Below are positions 1 through 9,902 of a stretch of 64,000 nt of DNA, piece after piece. Numbering within the stretch: the stretch's first letter is position 1; the number at the start of each line of letters is the position of its first letter. The notes beneath the pieces were generated by a model. That model saw nothing but the letters and a program-made list of their open reading frames with translations, did no database searches and was not told the DNA's origin. The stretch spans positions 1-64,000 of the IMG/VR virus record IMGVR_UViG_3300046787_000408. One strand, written 5' to 3'. The position numbers and the translations under genes were made by a program.

Positions 1-2
1 AC

Positions 3-3000
3 TGCAAACGGGTAAGCACTAGAATTCCACCACGATGCTTCAACAGGGCCACCATCGCCTGCGACCCATGACTTTTGGAAACTGGTGTCGTCATAACCGC
101 CCACTACGCTAACAAATGGACTTACCAAGTTACCTTCACTGTCTACTGGCAGTACAGTGGTCAACTCTGGACGAGCATATGCTGGTAATATATACGCACC
201 GTCGGGGTCAGCAACACGACCTGCTTCAAGGTCGTCCCATAGCACCAAGTTGTCGCTAGTATAAGGTCCTGGACCATACACAGTGTTCCACCAGGTGGGT
301 TTGATTGCAAAGCCCAGCATCTCCCATGGAGTCAACGCAGGGTTTTCTGTGTCGTAGAAGTATCGGTTAATGCCGCGCCAAGCACCCAACAAGTTGGTGT
401 TGTTGAGACGGTCAAAGCTTAGTTTGTTCTGACTACTGCTGTAGTTCCAAGAAAACTCATTACTTGGCAAATAGTTTTGCGAAGTGTAATCCAGTTTGTT
501 CCAGCCTACATAACTTAGGAAATCTGTACTCAACAAACTGTTGATGTCTGAATATGAATATCCTGTTTCACGGAAGTTGCCAGGCAACACATCTGTAATT
601 AACAACGGTACAGGATTTCCGTCCAGTTTCAAGTTGTTGTAGATGCGAGTTTCAAATTCCAGTAGCACCTGATCTCTTATGTCGTCAAACGCAGGAGTTT
701 GGCTACCATCGTGACCCACAATTACAACTGCGGTGCCTGTGGTAGTTTTGGTTTCTACAATTTCTGGACGGTATGCAGGATACAGACCTAGTTTGGTAGG
801 AGTGTTAGGCACAAAGTTGCCGTAGGTAACAGTGTATTCTTGAATGGTAACAACATCGCCCACGGCCAACGGTGTTAGTATGGTCACACGAGGACCGTCT
901 ACAGCCACAGTGTAATCAAAACCACGAGTCAACAACTGACTGTTTTTGTATACCAACAGGCCAAGATAGTTGGCAGAAGTATAGTTATAGATCTGCACAG
1001 TGTCAAACACATTGGTAGTGATTAGACCCACTGTGTAGGAGTTCTCAATGAACACCGATCCAGTTGGCAGCATGTCGCTCCAGTAAAACGGATTGATCTC
1101 AATTCTACCAGCTGTGAGGTTTTCCATGGCCTGTGTTAGAATTTGGCCAGGGGTTTCAAATCCAATGGTGAGTCTAGTAACTTCTTCCAGCATCAAATTC
1201 TTGAACTTTTGATATTCTCTAGAATTGTATTGCAGGCTGGCAAAAATGTTGTACTCTTGCGAGCGGTTAAAATAACCGGGCAATACCAGCGGTGCGCTTT
1301 GTTGCAAAATTACTTGACCATATGGGCCAATGTTGCCAAGATCTCGTGTGTTGTTGGCACCGTTGATTGGACCAGTTAATGTGGTCAAGTTCTCGCAAAT
1401 TGACTCATAGTGAGTACGAACAGTACCCAAGGTAAAGCTGTCACTGTTGCCGTTGATTGGGTTCTTTTCTAGGTTGATAGGAATCTGGTAAAACGCTACC
1501 TGACTAATTTGATCACTCAGTACCAACACTTCTACAATATCACCAATTGCATATGTGTTGTCCAATGCAATAGTGGTTGAGTTATCAAACACTTCAACTG
1601 TGTATGTTCCTGGATCTCGAAATGCTGATCCCACATACACTTGTACCGCAGGTATATTCACATTTGATGATTGTGCCTGCACGTCTAGTTTTAGTAGCTC
1701 GCCAGAGTAGGTAAATTTAAATTGTTGTCTTATTAATGTATCTGTGGCCGCAGTGTTCCATCCAATTTGTCGTTGGAATACTGCTCTGGAGTCATACTCT
1801 CTAACAAAGCCAATGCTGATGGACTCTGTAGTACTAACGTTGTCACGCACATACAAGAAGGTGTCTTTGTAGAGATTGTTCTCAAAAACAATGTCGCCCA
1901 CGTTGTTGAGGTTGAGATACTGCAACGGGAATTGCAACACAGGATCTAGTACACCAGTGTCACCTACAGCATAGCTGAACAATTTGCTGCCTGCAAATGT
2001 TGTACTTGGATATTTTGCAAGATTAGCAAAACTCACTCCATCAGCATCGTAGATGTTGAACAACGGTGCTTGTTGAACACCAGTTTTGAGTTGTGCTTCA
2101 GCCCATACAACACCGTCATACCAAAAAGATATTCCTTTGAGTGTGGTACCGTCAAGACAAACTGTGCTTTGATCAACTAGGACTTCACCGTCAGTGGCCA
2201 ATGTCAAATGAATCAAAGGTTGTTCCACATACGGAGCAATAGAATCTGGTGTAATAAAGTTTACTACCCAGATCTTGTTTCGTACGTTGACGTCAAGGTC
2301 AGCTGCAAAAATAACTCGAGAACCTTCAGTAAAGGTGTAGCCCCCGGTTGAATATCCAGTAGAGCCTTCAATGTTACTGAATGCATCTGTTTCTGTAAAG
2401 TCAATGATGTTAACTGGTTGCTTGCCTTCAGTTCCCATGTTGAACATACGCAGGCCAGGACGGAACTCAATGATTGGTCGTTTGGCGCGGTACGCATTGT
2501 CAATCACTGCTTCTGTATTGTTGTAAACTGCTGTGGCGTTGATAACATCAATGTGGAACCAGCGGTTGCTACGGCTCCAGGCATTAAGGTCCAAGGCAGC
2601 ACGATCAATGGTCAAGTAATCTAGTTCACCAGGTTCAGTAGCTTCAGTGCTACCATCCCCGTCAACTACGTAGGTTTCAGGAGTGATGTAGTTGGTAACT
2701 GGCAACAACTCTATAGCAGTGCCTACTCCACTTATGTAATATTCTTTGTTGATGTATTCAGCTGGCTCTACTTGGCCACGAAACACTACCTTGAGTCCGT
2801 TGGTAAACACTACTCCGTTAGGGCTTGTGTATGCTGGCTTGCCCAGCAGCTCGTCAATAAACAAAGTGTCACTTTGTGTTTGTTCAATCAGTCGAATACG
2901 ACCAAATATTTCTGGATCTGTACCGTCTTGGTAATACAGCGTATCTTGCGCTGCTGTCAACAAAGGTATTTCTCTAAAGAAACCTGCGTCATTTTTGTAC

Positions 3001-4490
3001 CATTGTGTGCTAGCATAGGTATTGCCATAACGCACAGTGAATTTTTCAAGATTGTTGATCAACTGAATGCTGTTCAGCGTCATGTACACATAGCCATCGT
3101 CGTTGACGTATTCAATTTGCCAAATACCAGAGCGTTGATCTAGCGGTACTTCGGTGGTTTCAGAATACAACAAGCTGTCATAACTGCCTGGTTGTCCGTT
3201 GAGAGAGTTGTCTCGATCCAAGGGATCATATACAGTTGTCTTGAACCAGCCGCCTAGGTCAGCGTCTAATGCAGGCTGAGTAAACACTATGGTACGGCCA
3301 TTGAGTTCAGTAATACCGTCAATACCACCGTAGGCTGCAATAAAATCAGCCACTGACACATTGTCCAACTGATCAAACTTGAGCTCAGTAAGCAGATCTA
3401 CTGTGCCAATACTAGGCAAACCGTAGTAAAAATCTTGTGCTGTCTTGGTTGGCACGTTGAATGTAATTGTGCCAAGGTCTTCACCGTTGTTGGTGACGCC
3501 ATATACATCTCTGCTGCTGATGTTGGGAGTGATTGGAACTTTACCGTTTACACCTGGGGCAGACTGAATCCAAAAGCCTGGGCCAGTACCAGCAGTGGCG
3601 TTGGCCACTGCGATGGTGCCTTGCATGTTGCTTTGTGTAGAACTAGCATAGAACAAAGTATCAGGAGCGTCTTGTGGTACTACAAATGTTACCTGTCCAA
3701 CAACTGCTCCGTTGTTGGTTACACCTGAGTTGTAAACGTTGCTCAAGCCTGTGGTTGGAGCTGTTTTGATATAGAATGGGTATGCACCATCTAGGTTCAT
3801 GGTAAACACGTAGGTATTACCGCGAACCAGCGTCAGCGTAGGATTGCTTTGTGAATCAATTACATAGCTACTGATGCCAGAATTGCTTACTCTGTAGTTG
3901 ACAGTTTCTTTGTTGTTTTGTGCAACTTCAAAAGTATAACTACCACCACGCACCAGGTCAATAGTGGGATTAGTTCCAGCCAGACCTGAGAATGAGTACA
4001 CGCCGTTTGCACGATCTACAACAAAGTCATCAGTGGCTGGAACTCCAGTTGCTGCTACATCTACTGATGCAGGGCCGCCGGGAATCCAAAAGTACTGACT
4101 AAAGTTGATGAAGGTATCCCAGTTGATAAAAGGATCCCAGGTGTAGTATTGACTCTCAAACAGTCGATCAGGACGGCTAGCATTGCCTCCCTGATAGGCT
4201 ATTGCATCCAGGATGCCTGGATATGTCATTACGTCGCGAACCTTGTTTGTATCAGGTTCCAGACTTACAACTCCAGCTTCTAACTGATAGTCAGCACGAG
4301 TTTTGTTGGGTTCTACCACATAACGGTCATTGGGGTTTACGCCGGGCCCTACACTGCGACCAATAAAGCCCTGAGTCTTTTTGAACTTGGGCTCCTGAAT
4401 CAGTTGATCCAACGTTGCAGCCAAAAACTGCTTGTTTACATCAGTCTGAAAGATTTCAGGTAAAAATTCTACACTACGTACTCTTGCCAT
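3..4490 (-). CDS. Very large baseplate/virion structural protein (gp7-like wedge position), 3' end beyond the left edge, >1496 aa
   Basis: Absent from the ORF track, consistent with no stop inside the window. ATG at 4490 overlaps the upstream TAA (TAATG) and reads MARVRSVEFLPEIFQTDVNKQFLAATLDQLIQEPKFKKTQGFIGR; the same frame reads ...EASWWNSSAYPFA at the edge. Follows the gp6-like gene. Confidence 0.8.
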   Translation of the reverse strand, partial: MARVRSVEFLPEIFQTDVNKQFLAATLDQLIQEPKFKKTQGFIGRSVGPGVNPNDRYVVEPNKTRADYQLEAGVVSLEPDTNKVRDVMTYPGILDAIAYQGGNASRPDRLFESQYYTWDPFINWDTFINFSQYFWIPGGPASVDVAATGVPATDDFVVDRANGVYSFSGLAGTNPTIDLVRGGSYTFEVAQNNKETVNYRVSNSGISSYVIDSQSNPTLTLVRGNTYVFTMNLDGAYPFYIKTAPTTGLSNVYNSGVTNNGAVVGQVTFVVPQDAPDTLFYASSTQSNMQGTIAVANATAGTGPGFWIQSAPGVNGKVPITPNISSRDVYGVTNNGEDLGTITFNVPTKTAQDFYYGLPSIGTVDLLTELKFDQLDNVSVADFIAAYGGIDGITELNGRTIVFTQPALDADLGGWFKTTVYDPLDRDNSLNGQPGSYDSLLYSETTEVPLDQRSGIWQIEYVNDDGYVYMTLNSIQLINNLEKFTVRYGNTYASTQWYKNDAGFFREIPLLTAAQDTLYYQDGTDPEIFGRIRLIEQTQSDTLFIDELLGKPAYTSPNGVVFTNGLKVVFRGQVEPAEYINKEYYISGVGTAIELLPVTNYITPETYVVDGDGSTEATEPGELDYLTIDRAALDLNAWSRSNRWFHIDVINATAVYNNTEAVIDNAYRAKRPIIEFRPGLRMFNMGTEGKQPVNIIDFTETDAFSNIEGSTGYSTGGYTFTEGSRVIFAADLDVNVRNKIWVVNFITPDSIAPYVEQPLIHLTLATDGEVLVDQSTVCLDGTTLKGISFWYDGVVWAEAQLKTGVQQAPLFNIYDADGVSFANLAKYPSTTFAGSKLFSYAVGDTGVLDPVLQFPLQYLNLNNVGDIVFENNLYKDTFLYVRDNVSTTESISIGFVREYDSRAVFQRQIGWNTAATDTLIRQQFKFTYSGELLKLDVQAQSSNVNIPAVQVYVGSAFRDPGTYTVEVFDNSTTIALDNTYAIGDIVEVLVLSDQISQVAFYQIPINLEKNPINGNSDSFTLGTVRTHYESICENLTTLTGPINGANNTRDLGNIGPYGQVILQQSAPLVLPGYFNRSQEYNIFASLQYNSREYQKFKNLMLEEVTRLTIGFETPGQILTQAMENLTAGRIEINPFYWSDMLPTGSVFIENSYTVGLITTNVFDTVQIYNYTSANYLGLLVYKNSQLLTRGFDYTVAVDGPRVTILTPLAVGDVVTIQEYTVTYGNFVPNTPTKLGLYPAYRPEIVETKTTTGTAVVIVGHDGSQTPAFDDIRDQVLLEFETRIYNNLKLDGNPVPLLITDVLPGNFRETGYSYSDINSLLSTDFLSYVGWNKLDYTSQNYLPSNEFSWNYSSSQNKLSFDRLNNTNLLGAWRGINRYFYDTENPALTPWEMLGFAIKPTWWNTVYGPGPYTSDNLVLWDDLEAGRVADPDGAYILPAYARPELTTVLPVDSEGNLVSPFVSVVGGYDDTSFQKSWVAGDGGPVEASWWNSSAYPFA

Positions 4491-7400
4491 TAAATTACTC
4501 CGCTACCAGGGGCTGTTCGGAGATTGGTGCTGGTCAAAGCCTCAATCACATCTATATTAGTTATGTCTGCTGCATTCACGAATATTTCGTTGGGAGTTGA
4601 ACGAATCTCGTACAAGTCGCCAAAACTCTTTTGTGGGTCCAGTGGTACTAGTACTACCGAACTGATAATGGTTCCCAACTGGCGGTGCAGGTACGCTGCC
4701 AATTCTGAGAAGTAAAAGGTGTCACCAAAGTTCCACTTGTCAATACTGAAGTAGGTGTTCATTTCTGCAATCACAGAGCTTTTGATTTCACTGGTACTGG
4801 CAGTAGACCCTTGAGCACGAATCACCTTGATGGTAGCTCGCAACTGTGGTGCTGCTTTGGCTCCAAACAAGGGCTTGAAGTTTACAGAATTCAACACCAC
4901 GTTGTCAGAGATCATTTTGTAATCCTGCAAGCCTTGGTATGCTGTGCTCAGTTCATCAATAGTAGGAACGCTAGGCTCAGTCACTGTGCCAGTAGTATCA
5001 CGAATCCAGTTTTGATATGCAGTATAGTAGGCTTGTGTGACCACATACAAATCAATAATGTTTGTAGTACCTGGATCAATACGAGTGGTCAGTGGTGAGT
5101 TGTGGCGATACTGAAAGTATAAATCTTGACGTCCAGTGCGTGCAATCCAGCCTGATTGTTCTACCAGCGTGCGAACACCAGCAACGTTGATGCTCAACAA
5201 GTAGAATGCGTCATCAGTGTATGCATAGAAAATTTGTCCAGGGCTCCATTCGCTCTTGACCAATTCAATGTCATCCAGAGTAGCGTAGTCACTGTTTACA
5301 ATACCTTCTTCAACCAAGAGATATCTTTGCAAGTTGTCAAAGTCCACAGTTTGTTGCAAGAACACCAGTTTCTGGTTGGAATTTACACCAGGGGCAACAA
5401 TTTCTTTAAAGAAGTCTGGGTTGTCTGGTACACCGTCGTTGTCGCTGTCACGGAAGCTGACCAAGACTTGGAAGTCGTCAACATAACCGTCTGACTCAAC
5501 TGGCTGACCAATAATGTCCATGACCACATCGCCTTCTAAAGGAGCTGAGTCGTCAGGTTGAGTATTCATGGCCAACACATTGATAAAGTCTTTGATAATC
5601 GTGCCAGTTCTGCTGTCATAGATCAACTGATCGCCGTAGAAGAAAAAGCGAGTCTGCAACACACTACCAAAGTAGTAGGCTAGGCCACGGAATGTCACAG
5701 TGTAGTTTTGATTTTCCACTACAAATTGTATCAGCCAACTTGCGTCACTGTTTGTGCCTGCTGTTGACCCTGCATTGGCATCGCTCCAGGCAGCATCTTG
5801 ATCCAAATTGGTACTGGTAATAATATACCAAGTGCCTGTTAGGTTGTTGTAGCCTAGACCAAAGTCACGGAACAACTCAATTTGGTCGCCCATTTGTTGT
5901 TCTAGCGACACTGGCAGGTCAGTTACAAATAGCGGAATAATTTCGCTGACCACTGCGCCTGTGGGCACAAAGTTGTTGACTGTGACTGGGCCTGCGCCTG
6001 AACTTAAATTGCCTAGGCCATTGTTGTATCCATCGCCTACAATGGCTTGTGGACTAGCCCAAATTTCTGTGCGTTCGTCAGGTCGGGTAGGTACGCCAGC
6101 TTGCAGTCGATTGTTACGATCAAAGTAATAAGGCTGTCCGTTAATAACTGGAGCCACAAACTTGATCAAGCTGCCAACTTGCACATACTTAAAATCAGTA
6201 CCGCTGCTGGGACCAACAGGAACAGCAGTGCCTGCAGAATTCTTGAAATAACCAGTAGTTTCGTTGGCCAAGGTAGTGGACTGTTGCCATGTACTTCCAG
6301 CAATGCTAACAAATGCAGTACCGGTTCCTGCTCCTACTCCTGTGGCCACAAATTCTGTGCCCACGGTGTTGTTTGCCGCACCAATAGCAGTAAAGTTGGT
6401 AGTGCCCACAGTGGCAATTACATACGGTTGCCCAATTACAAAGCTGCCTGCTGGTGCTGCATTGGTGTACACACGAGGGAAATTGTCGTAGTAGAACTGC
6501 TTCATTGTGGCTTCAGTCAATTGCGGTTGTACTGAGTTGGTCACAAAGTCTGCGATTTCGTTACGGTTGGTCCACCCAAACAAGATAGTGGGCAGTATGT
6601 TGTTTTCCCACAATGCGCCGTCGCTAGAGAAACTGTTGGTACTAGAATACTTGCCAGTGTTGTCCACTAGATCCAAATAACGGCTGGTACCAATCGATGC
6701 ACGGTTAAGCGCCTTGCTCTTGATAATACTGTTGTACTGAGTAAACGGAAACAAGTTGTAGTCTTCGCCGTTGACCATACGGTTTTGTGTATAGTATCTA
6801 GCAGGAGCACGTTGTTTGATTGCATCAATAGGTTCACGAGCCTGTGCATTAGTCACTGGTTGTGTAATACCACAAGTGAATGTAATTGTTTCAAGATTAC
6901 CGCTACGGCTGGTATAACTGATAGGGATACTCACGCTCTGCATTTCAGCAGGATTGATAATGTATTCCAAACCGTTTGAAGCACGAGTGTAGCATCGGAA
7001 AATACCCACTGGGATTTCGCTAAACACACCGTCACCAAATACCAAGGTAATTTGGTCATTGGTTCTACTGGTTGTGCTGTAGATTGGACGAAGTTCTACT
7101 TGTTGTTCTGCTGCGGCAGTGTAAACACTTTCCACATACTGCCACTCACGAGTGATGTTACCAACGTTGTCCAACTGGAATAGCCAACGATCTTCATTGT
7201 TAACACCTTCCACGTTGATGTTTACAGTGCGGTTGCTAATACGTTCACTCAAGTTGAAGTCCGTGTTGATCAAAGTTCCTTGTTTGAACGCAAAGAAATA
7301 GCCAGTGTTGGCGCTTTGAAAGCCCAGTTGATCATTGCGGAACAAGATGTTAAAGGGCGAATTTGCTGTTGGAGCAGGTTCGTACACATAGTCACGACCC

Positions 7401-8059
7401 ACGCTGGTTGATGTTACTGCTTCAAACGGCATTGATACACCGTCAATTGTGGCAGTATACGGCACCACTGGCAAAAAGCCTGGCAACAGATTGATAGCAT
7501 ATTCTTCTGTGCGTACACCTAGAATTGTTTGGCGATTACCAGGACGTCCCACACGCTGACTGTCTACTAGAGCTGCATTGATAATTGTGGTAAACTGTTC
7601 TTGCCAATCAGGGTTTGTGGGGTCAGCCCAGTCCACAGTAACATTGCTTAGGTTAATACCGTTGTAGTCCGTGACGTTTTCTGTAGTGGTTACGTTGAAT
7701 ACTTTGAGAAAGCCACTAGATGCAGTATTTCGTTTGGGATCGTAGCTGACCAAGTTGGCCAAGCGTACCACACTGTCACGACGTTCAGCAGTGTCTAAAT
7801 AGTTTTCACGAGTGTTAAGGTCAGTACGGAACGCAAGACTTTGTCCCATGAATGCAATAATATCCAACAGTGCAATAAATTCTGAACTTTCAATATAGTC
7901 GTTGAAAGTTTCTGGATAGTACAATCTCAAATAATCTACAAAACTCTTGCGCAGAGTTTCAAAGTCGTAGCTTTGGAAGTCAGCTTCCCTGTAGGTCTGA
8001 TATATTTGTTTCCAGTCTTCTACACCGAAAATTGCTGTTTGTCTAGTGGTTTTTGCCAT
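4490..8059 (-). CDS. Baseplate wedge protein, T4 gp6-like (1189 aa)
   Basis: N-terminal YDFETLRKSFVDYL...LDIIAFMG...ENYLDTAERRDSVVRLANLVSYDPKR and EPIDAIKQRAPARYYTQNRMVNGEDY match gp6/gpJ motifs; next to a gp25-like gene. Confidence 0.85.
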   Translation of the reverse strand: MAKTTRQTAIFGVEDWKQIYQTYREADFQSYDFETLRKSFVDYLRLYYPETFNDYIESSEFIALLDIIAFMGQSLAFRTDLNTRENYLDTAERRDSVVRLANLVSYDPKRNTASSGFLKVFNVTTTENVTDYNGINLSNVTVDWADPTNPDWQEQFTTIINAALVDSQRVGRPGNRQTILGVRTEEYAINLLPGFLPVVPYTATIDGVSMPFEAVTSTSVGRDYVYEPAPTANSPFNILFRNDQLGFQSANTGYFFAFKQGTLINTDFNLSERISNRTVNINVEGVNNEDRWLFQLDNVGNITREWQYVESVYTAAAEQQVELRPIYSTTSRTNDQITLVFGDGVFSEIPVGIFRCYTRASNGLEYIINPAEMQSVSIPISYTSRSGNLETITFTCGITQPVTNAQAREPIDAIKQRAPARYYTQNRMVNGEDYNLFPFTQYNSIIKSKALNRASIGTSRYLDLVDNTGKYSSTNSFSSDGALWENNILPTILFGWTNRNEIADFVTNSVQPQLTEATMKQFYYDNFPRVYTNAAPAGSFVIGQPYVIATVGTTNFTAIGAANNTVGTEFVATGVGAGTGTAFVSIAGSTWQQSTTLANETTGYFKNSAGTAVPVGPSSGTDFKYVQVGSLIKFVAPVINGQPYYFDRNNRLQAGVPTRPDERTEIWASPQAIVGDGYNNGLGNLSSGAGPVTVNNFVPTGAVVSEIIPLFVTDLPVSLEQQMGDQIELFRDFGLGYNNLTGTWYIITSTNLDQDAAWSDANAGSTAGTNSDASWLIQFVVENQNYTVTFRGLAYYFGSVLQTRFFFYGDQLIYDSRTGTIIKDFINVLAMNTQPDDSAPLEGDVVMDIIGQPVESDGYVDDFQVLVSFRDSDNDGVPDNPDFFKEIVAPGVNSNQKLVFLQQTVDFDNLQRYLLVEEGIVNSDYATLDDIELVKSEWSPGQIFYAYTDDAFYLLSINVAGVRTLVEQSGWIARTGRQDLYFQYRHNSPLTTRIDPGTTNIIDLYVVTQAYYTAYQNWIRDTTGTVTEPSVPTIDELSTAYQGLQDYKMISDNVVLNSVNFKPLFGAKAAPQLRATIKVIRAQGSTASTSEIKSSVIAEMNTYFSIDKWNFGDTFYFSELAAYLHRQLGTIISSVVLVPLDPQKSFGDLYEIRSTPNEIFVNAADITNIDVIEALTSTNLRTAPGSGVI

Positions 8060-8088
8060 GCTCGTTGAACCTTTTTGTCACCTTGAAG

Positions 8089-8094
8089 TATTTA
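8089..8094 (-). promoter_or_regulatory. T4-type late promoter (TAAATA) for the gp6-like gene
   Basis: ATAAATA on the minus strand about 30 nt upstream of ATG 8059; a gp55-like sigma factor is in the window. Confidence 0.7.
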
Positions 8095-8115
8095 TGGAGA
8101 CTAAAAACGGCGCAG

Positions 8116-8490
8116 TTATACGTAGCTGGCTGTGCGTTGTTGTTGGTCGAAGAAGATGCTCAGTCTCTTGGCATCTGTTGTGGGCACTACAGTAAGTTGT
8201 ATCTGTAACAAGATACCGTTTTCCTGGGGGAATGCCTGCACCTGGCTTACAAATATTCTAGGATCGCCCCCAGCTACTCGTTGCACTTCTTGCTGGATTG
8301 ATGTTTGTGTTTCCTGTGTTTGTGGTTCAAACACAAAACTCCACAGTGTGGTACCATAGGCAGGGCGGCCAGGCAGTTGTCCTGGTCGAATGTTGAATGC
8401 ATTCAACAGATCTCGTTTGATCAGCTCAAAATCTGTTAGAGTAAACTTTTTGAATTGATTGATTGTGTTAAAGCCGATGAATGTAGACAT
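8116..8490 (-). CDS. Baseplate wedge subunit, gp25/GPW-like
   Basis: 124 aa; LIKRDLLNAFNIRPGQLPGRPAYGTTLWSFVFEP...DPRI is the gp25 pattern. Confidence 0.85.
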   Translation of the reverse strand: MSTFIGFNTINQFKKFTLTDFELIKRDLLNAFNIRPGQLPGRPAYGTTLWSFVFEPQTQETQTSIQQEVQRVAGGDPRIFVSQVQAFPQENGILLQIQLTVVPTTDAKRLSIFFDQQQRTASYV

Positions 8491-8495
8491 AACAA

Positions 8496-8501
8496 TATTT
8501 A
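8496..8501 (-). promoter_or_regulatory. Late promoter TAAATA, 5 nt before the ATG
   Basis: cgaTAAATAttgttATG; overlaps the stop codon of the upstream gene. Confidence 0.65.
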
Positions 8502-9899
8502 TCGGCGTTGCAATTGAGCTCTAGCTTGTTCAACAAACTGAATACTGTTGTTGATCTTGATTATCAAATTGTCAATTTGTTGTAGCAATAGATCTAGCTG
8601 TGCTACCAGTGCAGGAGAGATAGGAGCCGCAGTTGATGCTTGCTGGCGTATTGTAGATACTTGGGTTCGCAAAGTACCTAATGTTGCTCGGTAGTTTTCC
8701 AACTTGGTTCTACGCAACACTGCGTTTTGCACCGTTGTAGATTGTGCTACCACTGAGGCTACTGCATCTTGAGTATTAGTCAATTCCAGTTGTAAACGTG
8801 TATATTCTGTAACCAGCACTGGATTAACTGGCTCTGGACCATAAATCAATTGAGGGACTTTTGGGTTGCCCACAATTCTATTGGTGGCAGCGTCTAGTCT
8901 AGCACGGTCAGTGGTATTAACTACTCCCACAGGGTCTGCTTCGTTGGCCATAGAATTGTTAACTTTGTTGTCAACAAAGTCTACAGCATATGCACCGTCT
9001 CTAACATACTGACTAAACAAAACAGAGTCTGCAGCGCTTACTGACTGTCCACGCAACCATGCTTCGGTTGCTGCTGGAGATTTTGCAGCACTGAGCACAA
9101 CACCAGCTTGATTGCGTGGCGGAAATTGATCTACTGCTATGCCCACTTGAGCAAGGTAGTTTAGACCCAAATTCATCAAGCTTACTTGTGTTTGCTGTTG
9201 CAATGTTTCGTTAGATAACATTTGTTGTAGAGATTCAACCCCGTTGAGACCGGTCCAAACCGCAGGACTTTTTAACACATTAGGAAGCGAGTTTTGTCCT
9301 GTTTGCATCAGTTGCACTGCTATTGTTTTTACATATCCTGCTGCTGCAAGTTGTGATGCAGTGAGTGCATAAGATCCAAGTCCCACTGTGGTAACTACCC
9401 CAGCTGGTTGTGCCGCTAGTTTACGTGCTTGTGCCAACACTCCAGTAAATTGAGTATCTGTCATGTTACCAAGTCCAGTAGTTTCTGCTGGTTGTGTTGC
9501 ATAGTCTGATATGGTAATCCCGTTTGTAACCGGAAACTTTGCCAATACTTCAGTTATGACCTTGACTGGAGTTACTTGCTCTGCTTGACTGGGTGTTTGA
9601 GCTAGTTGTTGCAACAATTGAGATTCAGCTGTGATCAATCCATTGGCAGCTTGAGTGGCCGGACTGATTACATCGCCAACCGCAAGTCCTATCAAAGAAC
9701 CACTGGCCAACTGTTGATTAAAAATCCTCTGAGCTGCATCTCTATCCAAGCTTTCAGGTCCAGACACCACAATAGTTTGATTGGTGCTTGCTGTAAGAGT
9801 TACACCAGCAGGAACTGCTGGAGCGCCAGGTGGTGTTTGTGTACCAGTATTTGTGGTACTGGACTGTGGCGATGGATTGATAAAACTAAAAGATGCCAT
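8499..9899 (-). CDS. Baseplate-associated protein with a possibly degenerate lysozyme-like central domain and a C-terminal coiled coil
   Basis: 466 aa between the gp5-like and gp25-like genes; GLGSYALTASQLAAAGYVK...WTGLNG...LQQ resembles muramidase-like folds, catalytic residues not evident. Confidence 0.5.
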   Translation of the reverse strand: MASFSFINPSPQSSTTNTGTQTPPGAPAVPAGVTLTASTNQTIVVSGPESLDRDAAQRIFNQQLASGSLIGLAVGDVISPATQAANGLITAESQLLQQLAQTPSQAEQVTPVKVITEVLAKFPVTNGITISDYATQPAETTGLGNMTDTQFTGVLAQARKLAAQPAGVVTTVGLGSYALTASQLAAAGYVKTIAVQLMQTGQNSLPNVLKSPAVWTGLNGVESLQQMLSNETLQQQTQVSLMNLGLNYLAQVGIAVDQFPPRNQAGVVLSAAKSPAATEAWLRGQSVSAADSVLFSQYVRDGAYAVDFVDNKVNNSMANEADPVGVVNTTDRARLDAATNRIVGNPKVPQLIYGPEPVNPVLVTEYTRLQLELTNTQDAVASVVAQSTTVQNAVLRRTKLENYRATLGTLRTQVSTIRQQASTAAPISPALVAQLDLLLQQIDNLIIKINNSIQFVEQARAQLQRR

Positions 9900-9902
9900 A
9901 AC

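Noticed and set aside
1143-4600. Short plus-strand ORFs in the first 4.6 kb
   Set aside because: The region is occupied by one long minus-strand gene running off the window edge.
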